Virus record (IMG/VR): IMGVR_UViG_3300046516_001816
Location: 186,001 to 250,000 of that record
DNA: 64,000 nucleotides
Strand: one strand, 5' to 3'
In this document: positions 28,400-36,925 of the stretch, one piece after another
How positions within the stretch are numbered: the first letter of the stretch is position 1
How the letters are laid out: each line of letters opens with the position of its first letter
Made by a program: the position numbers and the translations under genes
Notes under the pieces: model-generated
What the model was told of the DNA's origin: nothing
What the model saw: the letters and a program-made list of their open reading frames with translations, nothing else
Databases searched by the model: none

Positions 28400-28744
28400 A
28401 TGGGTGAAATAACAACATTTTTGACCGAGGCGTATAACGGGGGTTTCTTTGTGGGTGTGAGTAATCGCGCGCCGGAGCTGCTCCTGGAACAACTGAATAC
28501 TGAAGCGGGGGACCGCGACCGTATCAAAACGTTCATGGCTCACGCCTCGAGAAGCGCCTTCTGTCATCTGACGGTGACCGAAGTACTCGCCGGCAAGGTC
28601 AAGGAAAGCAAGCGTGACGCATGGACGCCGGATTTACTGCAAGAGAGAATGCTGGCCGCACCCTTCCCGGATCGTTTGGCGCGTGTGCTTCGTGAAGCGA
28701 AGTACTGGGATCAGCAGTTGACGCCGGCGGCCGCGTTTTCGTAA
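28400..28744 (+). CDS. Hypothetical protein
   Basis: AGGAG/AAGG RBS. Confidence 0.6.
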   Translation: MGEITTFLTEAYNGGFFVGVSNRAPELLLEQLNTEAGDRDRIKTFMAHASRSAFCHLTVTEVLAGKVKESKRDAWTPDLLQERMLAAPFPDRLARVLREAKYWDQQLTPAAAFS

Positions 28745-28774
28745 TAACAACGAATTAAACAAAGGAGTACTGTC

Positions 28775-29317
28775 ATGACCGTACTGGATCGCAGACATAT
28801 GTTTTTCGAGAAGAACGCACTGGTTCCAGTGGTGCGTTGGCCTGAGATTGCAAATCACTTTGTGGATCCCAACGTGGTGAACTGCTACTCAGTCATGCTG
28901 GGTGAACAGGTGGTCATGACAGCTCCGTTGCAGGTCGGGGTCACGGTGAATCTGCTTGAAGCGTCGCAACCGACGCACTTGCTCGACGAACCGATTACGG
29001 ATTATATCGGAGAGGATTTCAAGCTCGCCCGATTGTATTTCCGGCTCATTAGCCGGCTCAACAATATCGATCGCATCGCCATGATTGAAGTGCTGGATGA
29101 CGTAACACACAGCCGGAGTCGCGACGGCGTGCTGGTGGAGTTCGGTTATGTCTACATGAAGCAGCTGGAGTACCTTTTTGCGGACATCCATATATCGGGT
29201 TGGCTCAATCTCCGAACAGGTGAATGCAAGGTTTCCGGCAGCCACGGCACGAACACGATGGAAGACGGTATTGAGTTAGTCGGCTACACGCTCGCGGCCA
29301 ATAGAGTATCTCAGTAA
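28775..29317 (+). CDS. Hypothetical protein
   Basis: AAGGAG RBS. Confidence 0.65.
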   Translation: MTVLDRRHMFFEKNALVPVVRWPEIANHFVDPNVVNCYSVMLGEQVVMTAPLQVGVTVNLLEASQPTHLLDEPITDYIGEDFKLARLYFRLISRLNNIDRIAMIEVLDDVTHSRSRDGVLVEFGYVYMKQLEYLFADIHISGWLNLRTGECKVSGSHGTNTMEDGIELVGYTLAANRVSQ

Positions 29318-29344
29318 AAAAATACTGGATAATCAATACCTTAT

Positions 29345-29710
29345 GTGAAAGAAGCAGAAATCGTGGACGAGGGAGCTCAGACCCAAACCTTGGCCACGGG
29401 CATCAGCGAGTAGGCGCACGTACGGCGCCCCTGTGGAGGCTTGACAAGCTTAAGCCGCTGAACGCAAAGAGATGCTACGACGCTGGTACTTGTCGGCGAG
29501 TGCGCCAGACCTGGTGGCGTCACGACTCCCCATCTCCACCGAAGGACGCTTTGGTGACACGAGTCAATCTAGTGATTTTGTAGGCGGACTTAATCAACCC
29601 GCGTCCTTGGCATGCTGCGCTTAAGTGCGCGGCCGAAAGGCCTTAAACGATAACGGACCGAAAGGACTGGAAGCGTCGGACAACTGCAAGATCACTAGGC
29701 AAATTTGGTT
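29345..29710 (+). ncRNA. Candidate structured non-coding RNA(s) upstream of the tRNA cluster
   Basis: No + strand ORF; 15-bp closing stem 29569-29583/29684-29698; GGCC-GAAA-GGCC and GCGC-TTAAGT-GCGC hairpins; strand inferred from neighbours. Confidence 0.5.
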
Positions 29711-29727
29711 GCGACTTTCACACCCTT

Positions 29728-29811
29728 GGAAGGGTGCCCGAGTGGTTAAAGGGGGCGGACTGTAAATCCGTTGCTTCGGCTTCGTAGGTTCAAATCCTAC
29801 CTCTTCCACCA
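29728..29811 (+). tRNA. trnY: tRNA-Tyr(GTA)
   Basis: GGAAGGG/CTCTTCC acceptor; CTGTAAA anticodon loop; long variable arm; GTTCAAATC T-loop; CCA end. Confidence 0.95.
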
Positions 29812-29827
29812 TTTTCGTAGTAGCTGT

Positions 29828-29848
29828 TCCCTAGTAGCTCAGTTGGTA
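29828..29848 (+). pseudogene. 5' fragment of a disrupted tRNA-Asn
   Basis: TCCCTAG-TAGCTCAGTTGGTA; TCCCTAG pairs with CTGGGGA of the 3' fragment at 30293-30335. Confidence 0.8.
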
Positions 29849-29854
29849 AAACTC

Positions 29855-30208
29855 ATGACCGAAAAGATCTGCAAGATTCACGGCGCCACCAACTTCTTCC
29901 CGCGCGCTGACGGCGGTAGTCGCTGTGGTCAGTGTTCGGCAGATGCGGTTAAGAATCGTCGTCGAAAGATAAAGCTACTCGCCATCGAGTATAAAGGCGG
30001 CGCATGTGAGAACTGTGGTAATTCGTTTCATCCCGCAGTGTTTGAGTTTCACCACAAGGACCCTAGTCAAAAAGACTTTGCTGTTGGGGCCGGAGGTAAT
30101 GCTAGAGCATGGGAGCTTGTGAAAACAGAGCTGGATAAGTGTTCCATGCTTTGCGCGAATTGTCACCGTATCGAGCATTCAAAGTTGTTTGATGTAGATC
30201 CACGATAG
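29855..30208 (+). CDS. HNH homing endonuclease
   Basis: CxxC (CENC), FEFHHKDP, LCANCHRIEH; ATG directly follows the tRNA 5' fragment. Confidence 0.9.
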   Translation: MTEKICKIHGATNFFPRADGGSRCGQCSADAVKNRRRKIKLLAIEYKGGACENCGNSFHPAVFEFHHKDPSQKDFAVGAGGNARAWELVKTELDKCSMLCANCHRIEHSKLFDVDPR

Positions 30209-30275
30209 CTCAGTTGGTAGTAGCGTCGGACTGTTAATCCGAAGGTCCCTGGTTCGAGCCCAGGTCGTGGAGCCA
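30199..30275 (+). tRNA. trnN: tRNA-Asn(GTT)
   Basis: TCCACGA/TCGTGGA acceptor; TCGGA-CTGTTAA-TCCGA anticodon arm; T-arm; GCCA end. Confidence 0.93.
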
Positions 30276-30292
30276 AACATGTAGTACCCTAG

Positions 30293-30335
30293 GTTAATCC
30301 GTTGGTCGCTGGTTCAAGTCCAGCCTGGGGAGCCA
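30293..30335 (+). pseudogene. 3' fragment of a disrupted tRNA-Asn
   Basis: GTTAATCCGT-TGGTC-GCTGGTTCAAGTCCAGC-CTGGGGA-GCCA: anticodon, T-arm, acceptor 3' strand and CCA. Confidence 0.85.
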
Positions 30336-30350
30336 TTGATTTTGTAGTAC

Positions 30351-30426
30351 GCCCGTTTAGCTCAGCTGGTAGAGCAGCTCATTCGTAATGAGAAGGTCGG
30401 CGATTCGAATTCGTCATCGGGCACCA
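30351..30426 (+). tRNA. trnT: tRNA-Thr(CGT)
   Basis: 76-nt cloverleaf; CTCA-TTCGTAA-TGAG anticodon arm; CCA end. Confidence 0.9.
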
Positions 30427-30479
30427 GTTGATTCAGGAGTGATGCACTCAGTCCTGAATTTACTTTATAAGGCAGCATC

Positions 30480-30701
30480 ATGTTCGTATTAACCGCTAAG
30501 GTGTGGCGTAACGGCTCACTGTGTCGTGAGTATTACCAGCCGGAAGAAACCGGCTTTGTGCCCGGTGTCGTTTTTGGTCTGGATGGTGCGAAGCGCGCCA
30601 AGCAATACCAGACGGAAGAGGAAGCTATCGCTGATATCCCGGTGTTCAGACGGGCTGTTGGGTATCATGATCAACAGGGTGTCGACGTCGTTGCGGTGTA
30701 A
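30480..30701 (+). CDS. Small hypothetical protein between tRNA genes
   Basis: AAGG RBS; 73-aa ORF. Confidence 0.55.
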   Translation: MFVLTAKVWRNGSLCREYYQPEETGFVPGVVFGLDGAKRAKQYQTEEEAIADIPVFRRAVGYHDQQGVDVVAV

Positions 30702-30706
30702 GGTTT

Positions 30707-30780
30707 AGGGGAGTCGCCAAGTTGGTTAAGGCATCGGATTTTGATTCCGACATGCGTAGGTTCGAATCCTACTTCCCCTG
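30707..30780 (+). tRNA. trnQ: tRNA-Gln(TTG), CCA not encoded
   Basis: AGGGGAG/TTCCCCT acceptor; TCGGA-TTTTGAT-TCCGA anticodon arm; GTAGG-TTCGAAT-CCTAC T-arm. Confidence 0.9.
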
Positions 30781-30940
30781 TAAGGAAAGTGCCGGTTCGA
30801 CTCCGGATCAATCGTAGAGGGCTGGGTAGCGACGGGGGACGGTTCGATTCCGGGAAAGATCGCTGGGCGATAAGACGGGTAAAGAGCCCAGGCTTCGGCC
30901 TGGGCTTTATGCCGTTATGGTGTGTTACAGGAGAACGAAC

Positions 30941-31330
30941 ATGGGTATCTTTAACTGGGCGCTGGAGCAAGACGATGTTCGGCCCTTGGCGATCATTATC
31001 ACGGCCAACCCGAATTACATTCTGAAACCCAAGCTCAAAGTGTGGTCGGATGCGCTGTATGCGGATGTGAAAGCACGGCTCGAAGCCCGTGGGTATCGGG
31101 TGGATTTCAATACCGGGTATCAATACAACTTACCTGATCCGAACGCAGCGGTCTGGGTGGGGCACTCGGGCGGGATTAATCGCTTGCAGTACGCACCGGA
31201 GCATGTCAAGACGCTGGCGTTGCAGACGCAGGATCGCAGCAAGACACTCTGGAGTCCGGAGCTTCATATCGACGACATCTCGCACTATCTGCTCTCGGAA
31301 CAGGACATGAAAGCACTATCTGCACTGTAG
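30941..31330 (+). CDS. Hypothetical protein (alpha/beta-hydrolase-like fragment)
   Basis: AGGAG RBS; WVGHSGG nucleophile-elbow-like motif. Confidence 0.6.
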   Translation: MGIFNWALEQDDVRPLAIIITANPNYILKPKLKVWSDALYADVKARLEARGYRVDFNTGYQYNLPDPNAAVWVGHSGGINRLQYAPEHVKTLALQTQDRSKTLWSPELHIDDISHYLLSEQDMKALSAL

Positions 31331-31400
31331 TAGATTTTCACTGGACGGGGACATCTAGTGACCAAGTAGGTAGTTAAAACCAACCAATAGACCAACCATC

Positions 31401-31937
31401 ATGCAGATCACCGTCGTTGCGGCACATGCTCGGAATTACGTCATCGGAGACAAAGGCCAGATTCCGTGGATGGGACAATTCCCAGAAGATATGAAACACT
31501 TCCGGCAACTGACGGAAGGTCCTGGCAAGGCGGTATTGATGGGTCGCAAGACCTACGAGTCACTGCCTGGGCCGCTGCGCAATCGCGTGAACATCGTGAT
31601 GACGCGTCAGAAGACGTATCCGCTCGATCCGTATATCGTGCGGGTCGACAACCACGCGCAGGCCATTCGCTGGGCGGAACGCAACAAGATTCAGAAACTC
31701 TTTGTAATTGGCGGTGCCGAGATTTACAAAGAGGCGTTGACGTACGCTGATGACATCTGGGTGACGACCATCGATGCGGATTATCCCGGGGATGCGAAGT
31801 TCCCGTTGATCAATCAGGATGAGTTCCACGTGAGCATGACCCAGTCAATGCAAGGCGAGAAGCTCGGCACGACGTTCCAGTTTCAGTACTGGCTCAGAAA
31901 CCATGGCGTAAGGAGTCGGGATGCCCAAGCTGCATGA
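31401..31937 (+). CDS. folA: Dihydrofolate reductase
   Basis: VIG..GQIPW...EDMKHF, MGRKTYESL, LRNRVNIV, VIGGAEIY. Confidence 0.95.
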   Translation: MQITVVAAHARNYVIGDKGQIPWMGQFPEDMKHFRQLTEGPGKAVLMGRKTYESLPGPLRNRVNIVMTRQKTYPLDPYIVRVDNHAQAIRWAERNKIQKLFVIGGAEIYKEALTYADDIWVTTIDADYPGDAKFPLINQDEFHVSMTQSMQGEKLGTTFQFQYWLRNHGVRSRDAQAA

Positions 31938-32307
31938 GTGTACGCCCGGGCAGTATTGCTTTTGGTGTCCGGGCTGTGAGTGCGCGCACCACATCTACAC
32001 CGAAGGCAAAGTCAGTTGGACGTTAACCGGTGGGTTGGATTCACCCACCGTGCGGCCCTCGCTCTTGCACAACAAGGGCGAGAAAGGCGCGCAGTGTCAC
32101 TACCACGTGACTGAGGGTAAGCTGGAGTATTTCTTCGATACCTTCCATCAGTATCGCAGTCAGACGGTGGAGATTCCGGAGTGGGACGAACGTATCCACA
32201 ACCGGTATTCGATTCGTCCCCAGCACGAGAAGGCACAACAATCTGTCCTGCGCAATCGCTCACCGAAAGGGAACATGGTATGTAGTTTCAACTTTGAAAA
32301 GGACTGA
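31921..32307 (+). CDS. DUF6527-like protein, paralog of 26285-26590
   Basis: FWCPGCECAH, W...G..DSPTVRPSL, CH..V..GKL..F.D..H. Confidence 0.65.
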   Translation: MPKLHECTPGQYCFWCPGCECAHHIYTEGKVSWTLTGGLDSPTVRPSLLHNKGEKGAQCHYHVTEGKLEYFFDTFHQYRSQTVEIPEWDERIHNRYSIRPQHEKAQQSVLRNRSPKGNMVCSFNFEKD

Positions 32308-32309
32308 CC

Positions 32310-32741
32310 ATGTCTCTGTTTCTGATTGCAGCCGTTGCGCTGATTGCCCTCCAGTTTACCAGTGGTATCGGTCAGTGGATCAGCGAAAACCAACAAGCCA
32401 CGCAAACCTTGGCCAAGCTCCAGTGGCTCGCCTCCAAGATCGGTCTGGCCCCGGCGATCATCACGACGCGCGTGCTCGTGATTGCAGCGTTCGTGCTGCT
32501 GTACTTCTTCGTCTCACATGCCGTCACGATTGCGCTCTTCGCGGGCGCTGGCTGGTATCTGTACAAGACCGGCAAGTACATTGTGATCTGGCATCAAGTC
32601 ACCGCGGGTGTACAAACCGTGGTGGATAACACGGCCAAAGACGTCGTGCAAAACGTCGTGAAGGACGTGAGCAATACGGTGCAAGCCGATGCATCGGCCG
32701 CCGCAGCGGCCAAGGGCGTCGACGTCTCGAAGCTGGCCTAA
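32310..32741 (+). CDS. Membrane protein
   Basis: Three hydrophobic segments; AAGGA RBS. Confidence 0.7.
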   Translation: MSLFLIAAVALIALQFTSGIGQWISENQQATQTLAKLQWLASKIGLAPAIITTRVLVIAAFVLLYFFVSHAVTIALFAGAGWYLYKTGKYIVIWHQVTAGVQTVVDNTAKDVVQNVVKDVSNTVQADASAAAAAKGVDVSKLA

Positions 32742-32798
32742 GCGGCATAGGTTCCCGGGGAGTGGCGCTTCGGCGCTGCTCCCCATTTATTCTGTTAG

Positions 32799-33368
32799 GT
32801 GACCATGAAACGAATTTACCAAGCCCATTCGCCCTTTGACATCACCCATGACGTGATGATGAGCAAAGCCTTTTTGTCGTTCCCGCTGAACCCGAAAGTG
32901 ATCTGGGACGTGGGCGTCGGCCCGGGCAAGTTCCTGATCGAATCGAAGTTTCGCTACAAGGACGTGACGCTCATTGGCATCGAGAACAATGCGCGCTATC
33001 CGGAACTGATGCGCGCGAACATGGAACGTCACGGCCTGCAACCGGACGACATCCAGATTGTCGAACGCGATGCCTGCTACGACGAGTTCGAAGATCTGCC
33101 GCGCCCGGATGCGATTTACATGAGCTGCGCCGGTCAAGCCGAAGTCGACATCCTGCCCAAGTTCTGGGAGTATCTCGCCCCGGGTGGCATGATCGTCTGT
33201 GCGATGAGTCCGCGCCCGGAGTGGACCTGTCGCATTGACAATGCGGTGAAACAGTTCGGCGGGGTGGTCTCGGACCTGACGTGTTTCTACGACAAGAACC
33301 AGATCTGGCAGCCTGCGTATATCAAGGCGGAGCTGGTGCACTGGCACGGCACGAAGCCTGCGGAATAA
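32799..33368 (+). CDS. Class I SAM-dependent methyltransferase (CbiT-like)
   Basis: VIWDVGVGPG motif I; IGIE; LPRPDAIY. Confidence 0.8.
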   Translation: MTMKRIYQAHSPFDITHDVMMSKAFLSFPLNPKVIWDVGVGPGKFLIESKFRYKDVTLIGIENNARYPELMRANMERHGLQPDDIQIVERDACYDEFEDLPRPDAIYMSCAGQAEVDILPKFWEYLAPGGMIVCAMSPRPEWTCRIDNAVKQFGGVVSDLTCFYDKNQIWQPAYIKAELVHWHGTKPAE

Positions 33369-33488
33369 TCTTTTACTGGGCTGTGTCATCCCATGAGCGA
33401 CGAGGTCAGCGTTGTCCTGGCAGGGGCAGCGCTGGCTGAGGTTTCTCCTTTTATGCCGTCAACTCGGGATTCAAAGTCGATTTAACCA

Positions 33489-33496
33489 TATATCAT
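33489..33496 (+). promoter_or_regulatory. Early-promoter-like motif (TATATCAT)
   Basis: AT-rich context after a terminator; resembles the TATATTAC and TATACTAC copies. Confidence 0.4.
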
Positions 33497-33576
33497 CCCC
33501 CTGAGTTACTAGGTAAAAGTAACTGGCTCGGTCTATCTGTTGAGTCCGATTAACCTATCTATAACACATCAAACCA

Positions 33577-34017
33577 ATGAACATGTCTCCGGCCATGGAA
33601 TACTTCGCTCAGGTCTCGCAAAAGGCCTATGACGCGAAACCGCCCTTTCGAGGCCTTGTATCGATGCACAAGCACGGCGACTACATTCTGATCAAGAGTG
33701 AGATCGCCGGGGAGATCGAGCGTCGCTGGTTCCACCAGTTGAACCCGATCTTCTATTACTACCTGCCTAAAGAGGTGCGCTTGCCGTTGGTACAAGAAAT
33801 GTACTGTGCGGGCAACAGCCTTTCCGAAATCGCCGAACTGATCGGACTGTCCAAGTCTACGATCTCGGCCGACATCACTGAACTCAAGAAGCGGTTCCAA
33901 ACCGACGGGATGATTCCGATCAAACCGCGCGATGTCACGCCTGCGGGCATCGTGCTCAAGAGTACCATCCAACAAAAACCCCAGAGTTTCACCCAGCAGT
34001 ACATTGATTCTTATTAA
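33577..34017 (+). CDS. HTH DNA-binding protein (sigma-region-4-like)
   Basis: GNSLSEIAELIGLSKSTISADI. Confidence 0.7.
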   Translation: MNMSPAMEYFAQVSQKAYDAKPPFRGLVSMHKHGDYILIKSEIAGEIERRWFHQLNPIFYYYLPKEVRLPLVQEMYCAGNSLSEIAELIGLSKSTISADITELKKRFQTDGMIPIKPRDVTPAGIVLKSTIQQKPQSFTQQYIDSY

Positions 34018-34034
34018 ACAAGGAGCGTAGTACG

Positions 34035-34316
34035 ATGGAACAACTGAAGAAAGTGTTGCAACCGGGCGCAGTGTTTGTCACCACCGCCGAAGTCACGGTG
34101 CTCGAACCCAGTGAACCCGGTCAGATCGACGTGGCACTCAACTGGGGCAGCGCAGTGGATCTGAACGGCAGTCGACGGGACCCGGCGGGCAACTCCAAGG
34201 TTGGCGAATTCTCCAACGGCATGGACGAGCCGGTGGACGTGTATGCCGACTGGAACAAGGGCGAGCTGTATTACTACGACGACGTGCCGCAGGTCGTCGA
34301 GATTGACAAAACGTAA
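34035..34316 (+). CDS. Hypothetical protein
   Basis: AAGGAG RBS. Confidence 0.65.
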   Translation: MEQLKKVLQPGAVFVTTAEVTVLEPSEPGQIDVALNWGSAVDLNGSRRDPAGNSKVGEFSNGMDEPVDVYADWNKGELYYYDDVPQVVEIDKT

Positions 34317-34339
34317 CCCCCACTGAAGGAGAGGCAGTC

Positions 34340-34618
34340 ATGGATAAGAATAAAGTGCGAGAGATCATGAACCAGCTCTTCGCTGGCGAGGACATCGACG
34401 CAGCAGTCGAGAAGATTTACCCGCTGATGAACAAAAAGCGGTTGCAAGGTATCCTCGATGGCACGCAGGACTTCAGCAAGGCTGACGTGATGCTGATCAC
34501 CTCGGCGTTCGTCCAGGGCACGCCGCCCGGCCCGATGGTCATCGATCCGAAAGTGCAGGCCGTCATTGACGACTTGCGCAAGGAAATTGGGGACGTCAAA
34601 AACATCCTCAAGCATTAA
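34340..34618 (+). CDS. Hypothetical protein, possibly HTH
   Basis: AAGGAG RBS; helical, XRE-like pattern RLQGILDG...S. Confidence 0.6.
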   Translation: MDKNKVREIMNQLFAGEDIDAAVEKIYPLMNKKRLQGILDGTQDFSKADVMLITSAFVQGTPPGPMVIDPKVQAVIDDLRKEIGDVKNILKH

Positions 34619-34683
34619 GCAGGTGCAGTACCGTAGTGCCGTAGCTCAATATATCTAAAACCAATTGGAACAAAGGAAACGTA

Positions 34684-35142
34684 ATGGAAACAGTAGCAAA
34701 GAAAGACTTTGACGCCGTCGAGGACGCCATTCTCTCTGCGTATCAAATGAATAAAAACAGCCGTCGGCGCGTGCAGGTGAAGATCGACATGTTCAAGAAC
34801 ATCACGCTCTTGGAGATCTACATCGGCAACGTGAAGGGCAAGGACTATAAGTATCGCCAGCGTCTGTTCCGCGATGGCGTGGAGACGTTCAGCTACTGGC
34901 TGGATCAAGAACAGCGCTGCCCGCTGATTGCGAAGATGTTGTTCGAGGGCTACTCGCAAGCACGCACCGCGGAGATGTTGGGTTTCCACGTGGGCACCAT
35001 CCACAAGGACGTGCGCTATATGCGTGAGAAAACCACGCTGCTCGACGGCTACGTGTCCCGTGTCCCCAAGGACATCGTCGTGAGCAAGATCCGTCGTGTG
35101 CGCGGCGGCATTCCTGAAGTCACCGTTCAACGTCTGCACTAA
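34684..35142 (+). CDS. HTH DNA-binding protein (sigma-region-4-like)
   Basis: GYSQARTAEMLGFHVGTIHKDV. Confidence 0.7.
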   Translation: METVAKKDFDAVEDAILSAYQMNKNSRRRVQVKIDMFKNITLLEIYIGNVKGKDYKYRQRLFRDGVETFSYWLDQEQRCPLIAKMLFEGYSQARTAEMLGFHVGTIHKDVRYMREKTTLLDGYVSRVPKDIVVSKIRRVRGGIPEVTVQRLH

Positions 35143-35151
35143 GGAACAGAC

Positions 35152-35361
35152 ATGTCGTTTCAACTGATCGCTGTCTTTGCCGTTGTGGCTGCGCTTGCCC
35201 TCGCCCTGGGCATCTCGCTTCGCTGGAACACTCGCCAGAAGAAGCGCGCGCAGTTGATTGCGTCTCGCGACAGCGCGCTGTCGATGTTGTATTCGAAGTC
35301 CCCGCTCTCCGAGGCGGAGTACTTTCGTCGTCGAGTGGAACTCGCTCGTCAAGTGCATTAA
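35152..35361 (+). CDS. Small single-pass membrane protein
   Basis: N-terminal TM helix followed by a basic patch. Confidence 0.65.
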   Translation: MSFQLIAVFAVVAALALALGISLRWNTRQKKRAQLIASRDSALSMLYSKSPLSEAEYFRRRVELARQVH

Positions 35362-35424
35362 GGTTTTTCAGTCGTACATTCCCCGAAGTCGTACACACTA
35401 AACTCATTAAGAAGGAAACTGAAC

Positions 35425-36405
35425 ATGCATAAGAACGTCCAAATCGTCTCGATCGCTGACATCCAGGGCAAGCTGCCGCGTCTGCCGTTCGTCAATATCC
35501 TCGGCACGATCGCACCGGCCGACACCCTCGATCGCCTGCCCACCCATATGGTCGAGCTGGCCAACACCAAGTCGGCGTCACGCGCGGTCGTGTTCCTGCG
35601 TTTCGAAAAGAACACGCTGCGCAGCGGTGAGCACGACCTCGGCACCTCGGTGATGTTCGTCAAGGGCTGGCTGGAAAAGATGGTCAAGGAACTGAACGCC
35701 ACGCAAAACGGCGACAACCAGTTCACGATCGCCTACCAGGCAGCCTACGCGGGCTGGACGCCGCCGCAGTCGCGCTATCCGCACACGCCGGATACGTATC
35801 CGCACAACACGATGCCGGGTCAGCGTCCGTTGGCGTGGCCGGATACCCGCTATGGTGCGCCCGGTGGTTTCCGTCCGGCTGGATACGTGGGTATGGGTGG
35901 TCGTCCGGGTTATGCTCCGGATCAGGCCTTCCGTGCTGCGCCGGACTTTTCGGAACAAACGCTCTACGCGCTGGCCGAGGGCTTTGTGCAGCAGTTGACC
36001 GATCCGTACCCGATGGATCCGAAGCAAACCCACTTCGCGGTCAGCATGTACCCGACCAAGGACGGTGTACCGAATATCTCCGGCAGCGGACGCCTGGGTT
36101 ATGGTGTGTCGTTCGAGTTCTCGGAAGTGGTCGACCTGGAAGCGCACGACCGGTCGGTGGAGGCGTACAAGGAAAACGAGCACAACACGTACGACACGTA
36201 CCTTGCTGTCTTCCAGCATCTCGGCAAGGGGTATACGGTGAGCTTCACGCACCAGATGCTCGGCGCGCGTCTGCCGGAATTCATTACCGACGACGCATTG
36301 CAAACCGCGTTCAATACGCTGTGGTGTGACTTCTGGACCAAGCTCACGGGTGCAGAGGTCCGCGGTCCGAAGACGCTCACCTTCATCAAGCAGAATCAGA
36401 AGTAA
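35425..36405 (+). CDS. Hypothetical two-domain protein with a P/G/Y linker
   Basis: AAGGA RBS; strong codon bias. Confidence 0.7.
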   Translation: MHKNVQIVSIADIQGKLPRLPFVNILGTIAPADTLDRLPTHMVELANTKSASRAVVFLRFEKNTLRSGEHDLGTSVMFVKGWLEKMVKELNATQNGDNQFTIAYQAAYAGWTPPQSRYPHTPDTYPHNTMPGQRPLAWPDTRYGAPGGFRPAGYVGMGGRPGYAPDQAFRAAPDFSEQTLYALAEGFVQQLTDPYPMDPKQTHFAVSMYPTKDGVPNISGSGRLGYGVSFEFSEVVDLEAHDRSVEAYKENEHNTYDTYLAVFQHLGKGYTVSFTHQMLGARLPEFITDDALQTAFNTLWCDFWTKLTGAEVRGPKTLTFIKQNQK

Positions 36406-36478
36406 GTAACACTCGTTGTAAGAGAGCGGCCTGACCAGCCGCTTTCTTTTTTTCTTACATCAATTCGAAGGCCGAGAT

Positions 36479-36895
36479 ATGTTAGCCGCCCCTCAAACTG
36501 CAAGCATTGTTCCCGGTAGATTTAATCGGGAGATTGAAGCACTCAATGATGACGCGCTGGACCATATCGAGACGCTCTGGTACTCGGGCACGCCCCGTAT
36601 CATCTTCTCGGGCTGGATCAAGCTCGCCTTGGATAGCCTCGCAGGCATTAAGGCATCCCATTGGGTCAAGCAGTTCCAACTCTACAAAGCGCAAGACATC
36701 GCGCTGAAGTCGGGTGAGAAGGTTAGCGCTCTGCGCTTCGTGATGCTGGCGGTTCCTCCGGAATGCACCGGTGACCCCGTCGACTTTACACGCGAGCAAG
36801 AACGCGAGTTTCACATGCGAATCCGTACCTATCAGTGCTTCCTCAGGGTAGACGACCTGGGCCGCATTGTGGAGATCGTTCAGTCGCCCCATTAA
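36479..36895 (+). CDS. Hypothetical protein
   Basis: ORF after a terminator. Confidence 0.6.
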   Translation: MLAAPQTASIVPGRFNREIEALNDDALDHIETLWYSGTPRIIFSGWIKLALDSLAGIKASHWVKQFQLYKAQDIALKSGEKVSALRFVMLAVPPECTGDPVDFTREQEREFHMRIRTYQCFLRVDDLGRIVEIVQSPH

Positions 36896-36925
36896 ACGAA
36901 GCTAGAACAAGAGGAGAATAAACCA

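Noticed and set aside
29345-29710. Confident tmRNA, group I intron or group II intron call
   Set aside because: CATCTCCACC lacks a proper T-arm and a matching 5' end; no tag ending in a hydrophobic-Ala-Ala stop; no group I P7 elements; CGCACGTACGG lacks the 5' half of group II domain V.
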